Below, one piece after another: positions 50,178 through 59,451 of a DNA stretch of 64,000 nt. The notes beneath the pieces were generated by a model. That model saw nothing but the letters and a program-made list of their open reading frames with translations. It made no database searches and was not told the origin of the DNA. The stretch lies in contig CANQST010000003.1 of assembly GCA_947626595.1 (NCBI GenBank), positions 8,396 through 72,395 of the forward strand, given 5' to 3'. Numbering within the stretch: position 1 is the first letter of the stretch; every line of letters begins with the position of its first letter. The position numbers and the translations under genes are program-made. The stretch comes from an uncultured Bacilli bacterium. Its GTDB lineage: Bacteria; Bacillota_I; Bacilli_A; RF39; UBA660.

Positions 50178-51755
50178 ATGGTTAAATATAATGAAGATAT
50201 TTCTAAAAATACTTTAGAAGTTTTATATAAAGCTTCAAGTATCTATGATATTTTAAAAGAACATGATGTTAAAGTAGGAATAAGTACCACTAGTCATAGT
50301 AGTATAATAAGTGATTTAATTAATAATTATGATAAGAAAAGTCTAAGTATCTTATTATCTTTTTTCTTTGTAAATTGTACTACTAAGAAAATGTTTGATG
50401 ACTACAATATTACTTTAGATAATTTCCTAGACTTAATATATAATGAAAATAATGAAAAATTATTTACTGAAGAAGAATTAAAAAGATTAGTTTTCCATAA
50501 CAAAAAAGAAAATATTAATAATGATATAGAAGTAATGACTAAAAGAATTTTAAATGACTTTGGTTACTTATCAACACCAGGATTATTAGTCTTATTATAT
50601 GATACTAGTTATAGTGCATCACGTCTAATTAATACTTTCTTACCATGTGTTTTAGAATATTCTTCTCCTTTTATTGATAGCAAAGCCTTTTATGAAATAT
50701 TATCAAGAACTGCCATGGAAATAGAAGAAGAAAAATCTAAAGATAGCTCTTTTATAAGTAAGAAAGTATCTAAATTAAAAGAAAAAAACTCTAATAGTAT
50801 CTTTTCTCTTCTAAATATTATTCCTAAAAAAGAACAAGAAAATATTATTAAAAAATATGGTACCTATCTAACTGATATTTCTTATCAAAGTAATCCCGCT
50901 GTAGGAAGAAAAAAAGAATTAGAAAAAGCTAAAGTAACTCTACTTACCGAAGATAAATCTTTAATACTAGTTGGACCAGGAGGAGTAGGCAAGACAGCTA
51001 TTGTAGAAGGACTTGCTTATGATATAGAAAAAGGTAATGTTCCAGATAGTCTTAAAAATAAAAAAATCTTATCTATTAATACAGCTAGTTTAGTTAGTGG
51101 TTGTAAATACGTAGGTAGTTTTGAAGAAGTAGTAAAAAACTTATTTCAAGAAATTGAAAAAGAAGAAAATATCATTTTATTTATTGACGAACTACATACT
51201 GTCTTCGGACTAGGAGCTGGTTCTAACTCTACTTTAGATTTTGCTAATATTTTAAAGCCCTATCTAGGTCGTGGAAAAATTAAAATGATAGGGGCAACTA
51301 CTTCTTCAGAATATGACCGTATTATCGCAACAGACTCAGCCTTTAAAAGAAGATTTGAAAGATTAGATATTAAAGAACCAACTAATGATACTTTACTAGA
51401 AATAGCAGAAGAAATAATTAAGAAATTAGAAGAAGTATATAAAATAAAATTTTTAAATAATTATGAAGAAAAGATTTTTATCTTAAAAGAAATAATAAAG
51501 ACAACTGACCAAGCCAAAAGAATTTATGACGATAAAAGTAGTAATCCTGATTTAGTTATTACTATAATTGAAAAAGCTTTTGCTTATGCTAAGTATAATG
51601 ACAATACCTATGTAACTAAGGAAGATATATCTTGTGCCATAATGGATTGTGATAGAATATATGAAAGTGTAAGAGAAAGTACTAAAGATTTAATAAGAAA
51701 AAAGTATAATGAGAAAAAACATGTTAAAGTAATAAACTTTCCACAGAAAGACTAA
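50178..51755 (+). CDS. Clp/Hsp100-like AAA+ protein with a single (D1-type) ATPase domain
   Basis: VGRKKELEKAKVTLLTEDKSLILVGPGGVGKTAIVEGLA...ILFIDELHTVFGLGAG matches the ClpA/B D1 block. GGGTG SD before the ATG at 50178. Confidence 0.7.
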   Translation: MVKYNEDISKNTLEVLYKASSIYDILKEHDVKVGISTTSHSSIISDLINNYDKKSLSILLSFFFVNCTTKKMFDDYNITLDNFLDLIYNENNEKLFTEEELKRLVFHNKKENINNDIEVMTKRILNDFGYLSTPGLLVLLYDTSYSASRLINTFLPCVLEYSSPFIDSKAFYEILSRTAMEIEEEKSKDSSFISKKVSKLKEKNSNSIFSLLNIIPKKEQENIIKKYGTYLTDISYQSNPAVGRKKELEKAKVTLLTEDKSLILVGPGGVGKTAIVEGLAYDIEKGNVPDSLKNKKILSINTASLVSGCKYVGSFEEVVKNLFQEIEKEENIILFIDELHTVFGLGAGSNSTLDFANILKPYLGRGKIKMIGATTSSEYDRIIATDSAFKRRFERLDIKEPTNDTLLEIAEEIIKKLEEVYKIKFLNNYEEKIFILKEIIKTTDQAKRIYDDKSSNPDLVITIIEKAFAYAKYNDNTYVTKEDISCAIMDCDRIYESVRESTKDLIRKKYNEKKHVKVINFPQKD

Positions 51756-51798
51756 ACTATTTGAAAGAGTTGTGACTAAACTATTTGAAAGAGTTTAG
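51751..51798. repeat. tandem 21-bp direct repeat (actaaactatttgaaagagtt x2, period 24) spanning the stop codon of the Clp-like gene
   Basis: Read directly from the sequence. Confidence 0.8.
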
Positions 51799-51817
51799 TT
51801 TTTTTGATATACTAATA

Positions 51818-52870
51818 ATGGTGATGACAGTGGGACTATTTAGTAAAATAAAAGACATGTTCAAAAAAGACGATAAAGAAGAAATTAAAGAAGAACAAAG
51901 TATAATAGAAGAACCTATAAAAATAAATGAAGAACAACCTAAAAAAGATGTAAAACGTTATGAAAAAGGATTAACTAAATCTAGAGAAGGTTTTGTATCT
52001 AAACTAGTTAGCTTAACTAATCGTTATAGTAAAGTAAATGAAGAATTCTTTGACGAGCTAGAAGAAATACTAATCATGGCTGATATTGGTGTTAATACTG
52101 TAATGAGTTTTATCGATAGATTAAAAGATAGAGTAAAAAAAGAAAATATAACAGACCCAACTCTTTTAAGAGAAATAATAGTTGACGAATTATTTATTAT
52201 CTATGTAAATGACGAAGTTTTAAGTAGTAAAATTAATTATAATGAAAATGGCCCTACCGTTATTCTTTTTGTAGGAGTTAATGGTGTAGGTAAAACAACA
52301 ACTATTGGTAAACTTGCATCTAAAATAAAAAAAGAAGGGAAAAAAGTGTTATTAATAGGCGCTGATACCTTTAGAGCTGGAGCCTATCTTCAATTAAAAG
52401 AATGGGCTGAAAGAGTAGATGTTTCCTTTTATGGTAAAGAAGAAGGAACAGACCCCGCAAGTGTTGTCTATGATGGACTATCTAAAGCTAAAAATGAAAA
52501 CTATGATGTTGTCTTAATAGATACCGCTGGAAGATTACAAAATAAAGTTAATCTAATGAAAGAACTAGAAAAAATTAATAAAGTAATAGATACTTTTATT
52601 GATGGAGGAGCTAGTGAAACATTACTAATAGTTGATGCTACAACAGGTCAAAATGGAATTAGCCAAGCCAAAGCCTTCAAAGAAATAACTAATATTACAG
52701 GAATAGTCTTAACTAAATTAGATGGAACAGCTAAAGGAGGTATCGTTCTAGCAATCAAAGAAGAAGTTGGTCTCCCAGTAAAATATATAGGACTAGGAGA
52801 AACTGTAGACGACTTAGCTGTTTTTGATATAGAAAAATATATCTATGGACTATTTAAGGATATGATGTAA
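51818..52870 (+). CDS. ftsY: signal recognition particle receptor FtsY (start uncertain: 51785, 51818 or GTG 51830)
   Basis: MGLFSKIK N-terminus. NG domain motifs GVNGVGKTTTIGKLA, DTAGR, TKLDG. Confidence 0.9.
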   Translation: MVMTVGLFSKIKDMFKKDDKEEIKEEQSIIEEPIKINEEQPKKDVKRYEKGLTKSREGFVSKLVSLTNRYSKVNEEFFDELEEILIMADIGVNTVMSFIDRLKDRVKKENITDPTLLREIIVDELFIIYVNDEVLSSKINYNENGPTVILFVGVNGVGKTTTIGKLASKIKKEGKKVLLIGADTFRAGAYLQLKEWAERVDVSFYGKEEGTDPASVVYDGLSKAKNENYDVVLIDTAGRLQNKVNLMKELEKINKVIDTFIDGGASETLLIVDATTGQNGISQAKAFKEITNITGIVLTKLDGTAKGGIVLAIKEEVGLPVKYIGLGETVDDLAVFDIEKYIYGLFKDMM

Positions 52871-53113
52871 ATGAAAAAGTTTAGTTTATATTTACAATTT
52901 GTCTTATTACTAGTAGTATGTACTTTATTAATAATGTTTCTCTTTGTAAGTAAAAAATACTTTAATATTCTAGAATTATTCTTAGGTATAGGACTAATTA
53001 CTATGGCTTATAATACTGAAAAATATTATCATAATAAAAAACGTAGTATAGCCTACTTAATATTTGGTGTTTTCCTTCTAGTAATGGATTTATTAATGAT
53101 TATTGGAGATTGA
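52871..53113 (+). CDS. small two-TM membrane protein
   Basis: 80-aa ORF. Start overlaps the ftsY stop (taaATG). Confidence 0.4.
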   Translation: MKKFSLYLQFVLLLVVCTLLIMFLFVSKKYFNILELFLGIGLITMAYNTEKYYHNKKRSIAYLIFGVFLLVMDLLMIIGD

Positions 53114-53114
53114 T

Positions 53115-53408
53115 ATGGAAGAGTTATTATATTATAATGAGTTATATGATTTATATAAAAACTTATTAACTGATAAACAAAGAAAATATTTTGAAGATTA
53201 TTACTTTAATAATCTAAGTTATAGTGAAATGGCTTTAAACTTTAAAGTAAGTAGAAATGCTGTTTGTAAACAACTTCATAGTACTTTAGAAAAATTAAAA
53301 GAATATGAAGAAAAATTAAAATTACTAGAAAAAAGAGATAAAATACTATTAATAAAAGATAAAATAAAAGATAAAGATATATCTAGAGAACTAGAAAATA
53401 TTTTTTAA
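53115..53408 (+). CDS. ylxM: YlxM/UPF0122 SRP-associated putative DNA-binding protein
   Basis: YNELYDLYKNLLTDKQRKYFEDYYFNNLSYSEMA matches the YlxM signature (LLT.KQ...ELYY.dDlSL.EIA). Position between ftsY and ffh. Confidence 0.85.
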   Translation: MEELLYYNELYDLYKNLLTDKQRKYFEDYYFNNLSYSEMALNFKVSRNAVCKQLHSTLEKLKEYEEKLKLLEKRDKILLIKDKIKDKDISRELENIF

Positions 53409-53417
53409 GGAGAGCTT

Positions 53418-53996
53418 ATGAATAATAAAATATTAATTCTTTTAATCACAACTATAGGAATAGCTTTAATTGTATTTGGATGGTTTGCTATTAGTGATAA
53501 TTTAGCTAATAGTGGAAGTGATACTGTAGAAGAAACAGAAGAAAATAAAGAAGATAAAGAAAATATTACTTCTCCTACAGGAGAAGAATATGGTAGAGAA
53601 GAGATAAAAGAATATAAGTTTACTGACTTAGAAAGTGTAATTAATAACTTTTTAAAAAATGATAATACTTTTCCTTATATAGAAGAATGTAAATTTATTT
53701 CTGAAAATAATACTACATCAACATTTACTAAACTTGATAACAGTTCTATCGAAAAAGTAATTAATAAATTAAAAAGTGCTAAGACCTATGAAAAAAATAT
53801 TTTAGGAACATATAACTGTCCAGAAATTCACTTTTTTATTGGTAAAGTAGAAAATAATGTCAAAATAAATGAAGATTTTAGTCTAAATTGTGGCTCTACT
53901 GATATGGTTGTTAGATATGGTGATACAGGCTTTGCTTTTAATTTTGAAGTTAATGACGAAGAAGAACTTACTAATTTTTTTAAAACGTTAAAGTAA
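53418..53996 (+). CDS. hypothetical signal-anchored extracellular protein
   Basis: 192-aa ORF with an N-terminal TM, an acidic linker and two Cys. AAGGAG SD. Confidence 0.5.
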   Translation: MNNKILILLITTIGIALIVFGWFAISDNLANSGSDTVEETEENKEDKENITSPTGEEYGREEIKEYKFTDLESVINNFLKNDNTFPYIEECKFISENNTTSTFTKLDNSSIEKVINKLKSAKTYEKNILGTYNCPEIHFFIGKVENNVKINEDFSLNCGSTDMVVRYGDTGFAFNFEVNDEEELTNFFKTLK

Positions 53997-54060
53997 AAGT
54001 ATTGTCAAAAAAAAGAAAAAAAGGTATAATTTTTACTATAGTAGGATAAGAGGGGATATT

Positions 54061-56277
54061 ATGTTTGATAAGATAATTTATATTAGTGATCACTCAGCAA
54101 ATATTAAATTAAAAGATAATGCTGAAGTTACAATGAACCTAATGAATATGCATTTGGTATTTGAAGATGATGTAAAAAAAGTCTTAGGAGAAGTAGACGA
54201 CTTAGACAAAGATATTGTTAAAGCTAGGTTTCTAGGAGAAATAGTTAATGGTAAATTAATTGGTGGTACAATTAGAAAACCCTCTTTAGATGCCAAGATA
54301 AGAGTTATTACTCAAGAAGAAATACCTATGATTACTGGAAGTGATACTAATGGCTTTATGAAATTAGGTGTTAGTCCTTTCTATAATGATTTTCCTGTTT
54401 ACTTAGATGTTAATAATTTCTTTAGTAATCACTTTGCTATATTTGGTAACTCTGGTAGTGGTAAAAGTTGTGGTATATCAAGACTTTTTCAAAATATGTT
54501 TAGTGATGCTAGACTTAATCCATATAAAGCTAATATCTTATTATTTGACTCATCAGGTGAGTATTACAATGCCTTTAGAAATTTAAATGAACTAAATAGT
54601 AATTATCATTATCGTTTTATTTCAACTAATGAAGTAGATGGTATTGGAGAAAAATTACGTTTACCTATATATTTGCTTAATGCCACTGATTTAGCTTTAC
54701 TATTACAAGCAACTAATCACTCTCAATTACCAATTATTGAAAGAATGTTAAAACTTGCTTTAGTATTTTCTCAAGAAGATATGGATGCTAACGCATATAA
54801 AAATCATTTGATTGCTAAAGCTATAATGACTATTCTTTATACTAATGAAACAGCACCTAATAAAAGAAATGAAGTATTTTCTATTCTTGCTAGCTGTTCA
54901 ACACCAGAATTTAACCTAGAAGCTGTAGTTCAAGGAATTGGTTATGAAAGAAAATTTAGAGAATGTTTCCTAATAGATAATTCTGGTAATTTCTCTGAAA
55001 GTGTTTTATTAACAGAATATGTATCTTCATTTATAAAAGAAGAGTTTGATAATTATGAACCACATGGTGGAGTATATTACAATCTTGATACCTTAGAAAA
55101 AGCCCTAAACTTTACTTTAATTAGTGAAGGTTGGCTAAGAAATGCTAATACCTATGGTGATGCTGTTACAATTAGAGTTAGATTACACTCTCTTATCGTT
55201 GGCGATAATGCTAAGTTCTTTGATGTTCCTGAATATGTATCACTTGAAAGTTATTTATCGTCTCTTTTGATTAATAATGGTGATAAATATCAAATAGTTA
55301 ACTTTAACTTAGACGATATTGATGACGACTTTGCTAAAGTTATTACTAAAATTTATTCAAGACTTGTCTTTGAATTTGCTAAAGCTTTAAAGAATAGAGC
55401 TAGTATTCCTTTCCATATCGTTGTTGAAGAAGCTCATAGATATATCCAAAATGATACTGATAGATTTTTAATTGGATATAATATATTTGAAAGAATTGCT
55501 AAAGAGGGACGTAAATATGGAGTTATTCTAGGACTTATTTCTCAAAGACCAGTTGAATTATCTGATACCGTTATTTCTCAATGTTCTAATTTCTTAATAT
55601 TTAAAATGAACCATCCAGTTGATGTTGAATATATTAGAAAAATGGTACCTAATATAAGTGACGAAATTGTTGAGAAGCAAAAAACCTTACAGTCTGGTAC
55701 TTGTCTAGGATTTGGTATGGCTTTTAGAATTCCTTTGATTGTTAAAATGGAAATGCCTAATCCATCCCCATTAAGTAGTAACTGTGATGTTGTTAATATA
55801 TGGAATGGTGAGGGATATGTTCAAAGTGTTAACGCTGTTGTACCAGTTGATGCTCCAGCACCTACTGCTAATGTACCTATGCCAACAGAACCTGTCCAAG
55901 AACAACCATCAATTGTATCAACTATTAAAACAGAAACACCTCTTAGTAATGTTGATTTAGGAATAGAAAATAATACTGAAGGGACTACTTCGGCACCTGA
56001 AACTTCAGAAACTGCTCCTGTTCAAATTCCAAGTGCAATTCCAACAGTAAGTACTGCAGTAAATGAAGAACGAGAGCCAAGTACTATAACTTTAGAAGTA
56101 AATGGAGTAAAAACTGAAGTCCCTCCAACTCCTGAAGTTAATCAAGAAGTAAATACAGTTAGTCCTAATCAAGTACCAGTAGCAAGTGAAGCACCTGCTG
56201 CAAATAATGAACCATCACCAACTATCGACTTGACACTTGATGATGACGACGATGACCTAGGACCTGATTTTTCTTAA
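54061..56277 (+). CDS. HerA/FtsK-superfamily (DUF87-like) P-loop ATPase with a disordered Pro/Thr-rich C-terminal region and an acidic DDDDDDLGPDFS tail
   Basis: Walker A FGNSGSGKS. HIVVEEAHRY and EGRKYGVILGLISQRPVELSDTVISQC blocks typical of HerA-like ATPases. N-terminal beta-barrel-like region. Confidence 0.7.
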   Translation: MFDKIIYISDHSANIKLKDNAEVTMNLMNMHLVFEDDVKKVLGEVDDLDKDIVKARFLGEIVNGKLIGGTIRKPSLDAKIRVITQEEIPMITGSDTNGFMKLGVSPFYNDFPVYLDVNNFFSNHFAIFGNSGSGKSCGISRLFQNMFSDARLNPYKANILLFDSSGEYYNAFRNLNELNSNYHYRFISTNEVDGIGEKLRLPIYLLNATDLALLLQATNHSQLPIIERMLKLALVFSQEDMDANAYKNHLIAKAIMTILYTNETAPNKRNEVFSILASCSTPEFNLEAVVQGIGYERKFRECFLIDNSGNFSESVLLTEYVSSFIKEEFDNYEPHGGVYYNLDTLEKALNFTLISEGWLRNANTYGDAVTIRVRLHSLIVGDNAKFFDVPEYVSLESYLSSLLINNGDKYQIVNFNLDDIDDDFAKVITKIYSRLVFEFAKALKNRASIPFHIVVEEAHRYIQNDTDRFLIGYNIFERIAKEGRKYGVILGLISQRPVELSDTVISQCSNFLIFKMNHPVDVEYIRKMVPNISDEIVEKQKTLQSGTCLGFGMAFRIPLIVKMEMPNPSPLSSNCDVVNIWNGEGYVQSVNAVVPVDAPAPTANVPMPTEPVQEQPSIVSTIKTETPLSNVDLGIENNTEGTTSAPETSETAPVQIPSAIPTVSTAVNEEREPSTITLEVNGVKTEVPPTPEVNQEVNTVSPNQVPVASEAPAANNEPSPTIDLTLDDDDDDLGPDFS

Positions 56278-56332
56278 GTAGTGGTTTGCACTACTTTTTT
56301 CTTTTTGGTATAATGTTATTGGTGATGAGTAA

Positions 56333-57640
56333 ATGTTTGAAAGTTTAGGCGATAGATTACAAAACGCTTTGCACAAGATTAAAGGTTATGGTAAGATTAC
56401 TGAAGAAAATATTTCCGATATGATGCGTGAAATTAGACTTGCTTTACTAGAAGCTGATGTTAACTATCAAGTAGTAAAAGAATTTACCAATAATGTTAAA
56501 GAAAAAGCTTTAGGAGAAGAAGTAGCGACTAGTATTAATCCAGGAGATTTATTTGTAAAAATAGTAAAAGACGAACTAACTGATTTACTTGGTGGAGAAA
56601 GTGCTGAGTTAAATATAAAAGGTAATCCAGCTATTTTGATGTTAGTAGGTCTCCAAGGTTCAGGTAAAACAACTACTATAGGAAAATTAGCTAATTTCTT
56701 AAGAAAAAAACATAGTAAAAAACCTCTATTAGTAGCTTGTGATGTCTATAGACCAGCTGCTATTGACCAATTAAAACAATTAGGTAAGCAACTAAATATT
56801 GAAGTTTATGAAGAAGGAAAGAAAAATCCTGTTGATATTGCGAAAAATGCTATTAGTTATGCTAAAGATAATAACTATGATTATGTTTTAATAGATACTG
56901 CTGGACGTCTTCATATTGACGAAGAGTTAATGGAAGAACTTGATAATATTAAAAATGAAGTCAATCCCGAAGAAATTCTATTAGTAATAGATGCTATGAT
57001 GGGACAAGATGCTATCAATGTTATTACTGGTTTTAATGACAAACTACCTTTAACAGGAGTTATCCTAACTAAATTAGATGGTGATACTAGAGGTGGTGTT
57101 GCCTTATCAGTTAGACATTTAACTAATGTACCAATTAAATTTATCGGTGTATCAGAAAAACTAGATGGTCTAGATACCTTTGATCCAGAAAGAATGGCTG
57201 GTAGAATTCTAGGTATGGGAGATATAGTTTCCTTAGTTGAAAAAGCAACAGAAGCTATAGACGAAAAAGAAGCAGAAAAAACTGCTAAAAGAATGCAACA
57301 AGGCAAATTTGATTTAGAAGATTTCTTATCAACATTAAAACAAATGAAAAAACTAGGTCCCTTAGAAAATTTAATTAAAATGTTACCTGGTGCTAAGAAA
57401 ATGGGATTAAATAATATTAAGATAGATCCAAAGCAAATGGCTCATATTGAAGCTATCGTCTTATCAATGACCCCAAGTGAAAGAAGAAATCCTGATATAA
57501 TAAAAGCTAGTAGAAAAACACGTATTGCTAGTGGTAGTGGTAGAAGTGTTCAAGAAGTAAACCGCCTATTACAGCAATTTGATCAAATGAAAAAAATGAT
57601 GAAACAAGTAACAAATGGTAATATGAAATTACCTTTTTAG
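56333..57640 (+). CDS. ffh: signal recognition particle protein Ffh
   Basis: LVGLQGSGKTTT, DTAGR, TKLDGD and a Met-rich M domain. Confidence 0.97.
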   Translation: MFESLGDRLQNALHKIKGYGKITEENISDMMREIRLALLEADVNYQVVKEFTNNVKEKALGEEVATSINPGDLFVKIVKDELTDLLGGESAELNIKGNPAILMLVGLQGSGKTTTIGKLANFLRKKHSKKPLLVACDVYRPAAIDQLKQLGKQLNIEVYEEGKKNPVDIAKNAISYAKDNNYDYVLIDTAGRLHIDEELMEELDNIKNEVNPEEILLVIDAMMGQDAINVITGFNDKLPLTGVILTKLDGDTRGGVALSVRHLTNVPIKFIGVSEKLDGLDTFDPERMAGRILGMGDIVSLVEKATEAIDEKEAEKTAKRMQQGKFDLEDFLSTLKQMKKLGPLENLIKMLPGAKKMGLNNIKIDPKQMAHIEAIVLSMTPSERRNPDIIKASRKTRIASGSGRSVQEVNRLLQQFDQMKKMMKQVTNGNMKLPF

Positions 57641-57651
57641 GAGGAGTATTA

Positions 57652-58224
57652 ATGAATATTATTGATGCAAAAGGCTTATATAGTAATAGTAATAATTTAG
57701 AAAAAATAGAAGAAGTTTGTAAATTTTATGAAAAAGTTGGTAATAATCCTCAAGGAGCTTATCTAGGAAGTACTGTTAGTGATATTTCTTTTGATAAAGG
57801 GCATATTGAGTTTGAAACAATCCATGTAGCATCTAATCTAGAAACTAATTCCACAGGAGTTTTACTTGATAATGGAGTTTTAATTAAACAAACTCAAAAA
57901 AATGCCAAAGACGAGTACTTTCAAATATTTTCTTGGAATAAAGACTACAGTAAATATACTTATATTTTATTTGATAGTGCTATTGCTATGGAAGTATCTT
58001 TTAATAAGATAGCGGATGCTAATATTAACTTGTGTGATGGAACTCTTATTGATAAATTAGCTAGTTTAAGAATACCAACTGATGCCATATTACAAGTAAA
58101 AGAAGATGTTGAAGATAACTCAAATAAGAAAAATGTTGAAGATAACACAAATAAAAAGGTTATTGAAGAATTAACTTTAGAAGAAGATAATTCCTTAAGT
58201 GAATTAGCTCATAAAGTTATTTAA
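57652..58224 (+). CDS. hypothetical protein
   Basis: 190-aa ORF with a GGAGG SD directly after ffh. Confidence 0.5.
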   Translation: MNIIDAKGLYSNSNNLEKIEEVCKFYEKVGNNPQGAYLGSTVSDISFDKGHIEFETIHVASNLETNSTGVLLDNGVLIKQTQKNAKDEYFQIFSWNKDYSKYTYILFDSAIAMEVSFNKIADANINLCDGTLIDKLASLRIPTDAILQVKEDVEDNSNKKNVEDNTNKKVIEELTLEEDNSLSELAHKVI

Positions 58225-58291
58225 TTATAGGCTTTCCTAGTGTCTTAAATAAGAAATAAACATAGTATAAATTAGAGGAGGTATTTATACT

Positions 58292-58600
58292 ATGTTTAAT
58301 AATATGACTAACTTTGAAAGTTCTGTTACTGGAAATAATAATATCGTTGATAATGATATGAACGTTGATGTTAATATGAATATGAATTATAACGGTAATA
58401 TGAATACACCAATTAACGAAGGAATTCAACAAAGATGTGTTCATAGAACTATCGTCCATGAAGTTCCCCATGTTTGTCCAATTCATACTAAAATAATTAA
58501 CCACCATGTTTATAAACATACTTATAGACCTGAATATACTTGTTCTGAAGAAAATACTGTAAGTAATGTTCAATGTGGCTCTTGTTGTCAATTTAAATAA
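58292..58600 (+). CDS. Asn/His/Cys-rich small protein with CotD-like (spore coat protein D) features
   Basis: Strong AGAGGAGG SD. VHRTIVHEVPHVCPIHTKIINHHVYKHTYRPEY resembles CotD His/Pro-rich repeats. C-terminal CGSCC. Confidence 0.4.
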   Translation: MFNNMTNFESSVTGNNNIVDNDMNVDVNMNMNYNGNMNTPINEGIQQRCVHRTIVHEVPHVCPIHTKIINHHVYKHTYRPEYTCSEENTVSNVQCGSCCQFK

Positions 58601-58741
58601 AAAAATAAGATACTTGCTTTAACGTAAGTATTTTATTTTCGTACTGTTAAGTACCAGTAAATCTAATGTAAATTTATTTGTCTAATATTGTCAAATGTAT
58701 TGAATAATTGACATATATCGTTTATCCTTATAATAGGGAGT

Positions 58742-58954
58742 GTGATAAAAGTGATTTACCCATCTATTGATAAGCTACTCAATATAGTTAACTCTAAATA
58801 TGAGTTGGTTCATATTTCCGCAAGAAGGAGTAAAGAAATTTCTAGAGGGGGATTTTTACAAATGCCTGAGACCGAATACAAAAGCAAAAAGAATATAGGA
58901 AGAGCTCTTGAAGAAATTGCGGAGGGTTACATTGAGGTAAAAAGAGGAGAATAG
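58742..58954 (+). CDS. rpoZ: DNA-directed RNA polymerase subunit omega
   Basis: IYPSIDKLLNIVNSKYELVHISARRSKEI matches the RpoZ N-terminal signature. A TTGACA...TATAAT promoter lies upstream. Start is GTG at 58742 or 58751. Confidence 0.8.
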   Translation: MIKVIYPSIDKLLNIVNSKYELVHISARRSKEISRGGFLQMPETEYKSKKNIGRALEEIAEGYIEVKRGE

Positions 58955-58961
58955 CCTCTTT

Positions 58962-59315
58962 TTATTTTTGTATATAACTTTTATTTATCTTAATAAAGTT
59001 AATAATCTTATTTAATTCTTTATCAGTTAATTCTTCTTCTTTATTCATATAACCATTTTTTACTAATAATTTCTTTAGTACTTCTTTTTCTTTTAAATTA
59101 TCTTCAATAACTTTAAGCTTTTTTTCATTACCCAATAAGTAATCAATAGATACTTGAAAAAAATTAGCTATCTTAATTAACATTTCATAATCCGGTGTAG
59201 TTCTATTTATTTCCCAACCACTTATAGTTTGCATTGTAACACCTAACTCAGCTGCTAACTCTTTTTGATACATATTCTTCTTTTCTCTTAGTTCTTTTAA
59301 TCTATTTCCAAACAT
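58962..59315 (-). CDS. XRE/SinR-like HTH regulator with a C-terminal extension; divergent from paralog C
   Basis: QKELAAELGVTMQTISGWE HTH_3. The C-terminal about 50 aa are conserved with the regulator at 60947. Confidence 0.8.
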   Translation of the reverse strand: MFGNRLKELREKKNMYQKELAAELGVTMQTISGWEINRTTPDYEMLIKIANFFQVSIDYLLGNEKKLKVIEDNLKEKEVLKKLLVKNGYMNKEEELTDKELNKIINFIKINKSYIQK

Positions 59316-59451
59316 AATAGACCACCATCCTTTTACTCGCTATATTACAACAATTTAATAAATGCAACAATTCATTATAAATAAATTACATTTTTTTATT
59401 TACTAACTCTACAATATGTTGTATACTTAAATAGTAAAGATGGTGACATTA

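Noticed and set aside
58217-58591. Minus-strand 124-aa ORF antisense to the CotD-like gene
   Set aside because: The plus-strand gene has a very strong SD and a coherent His/Cys-rich product. The antisense ORF is an artefact of low-complexity sequence.
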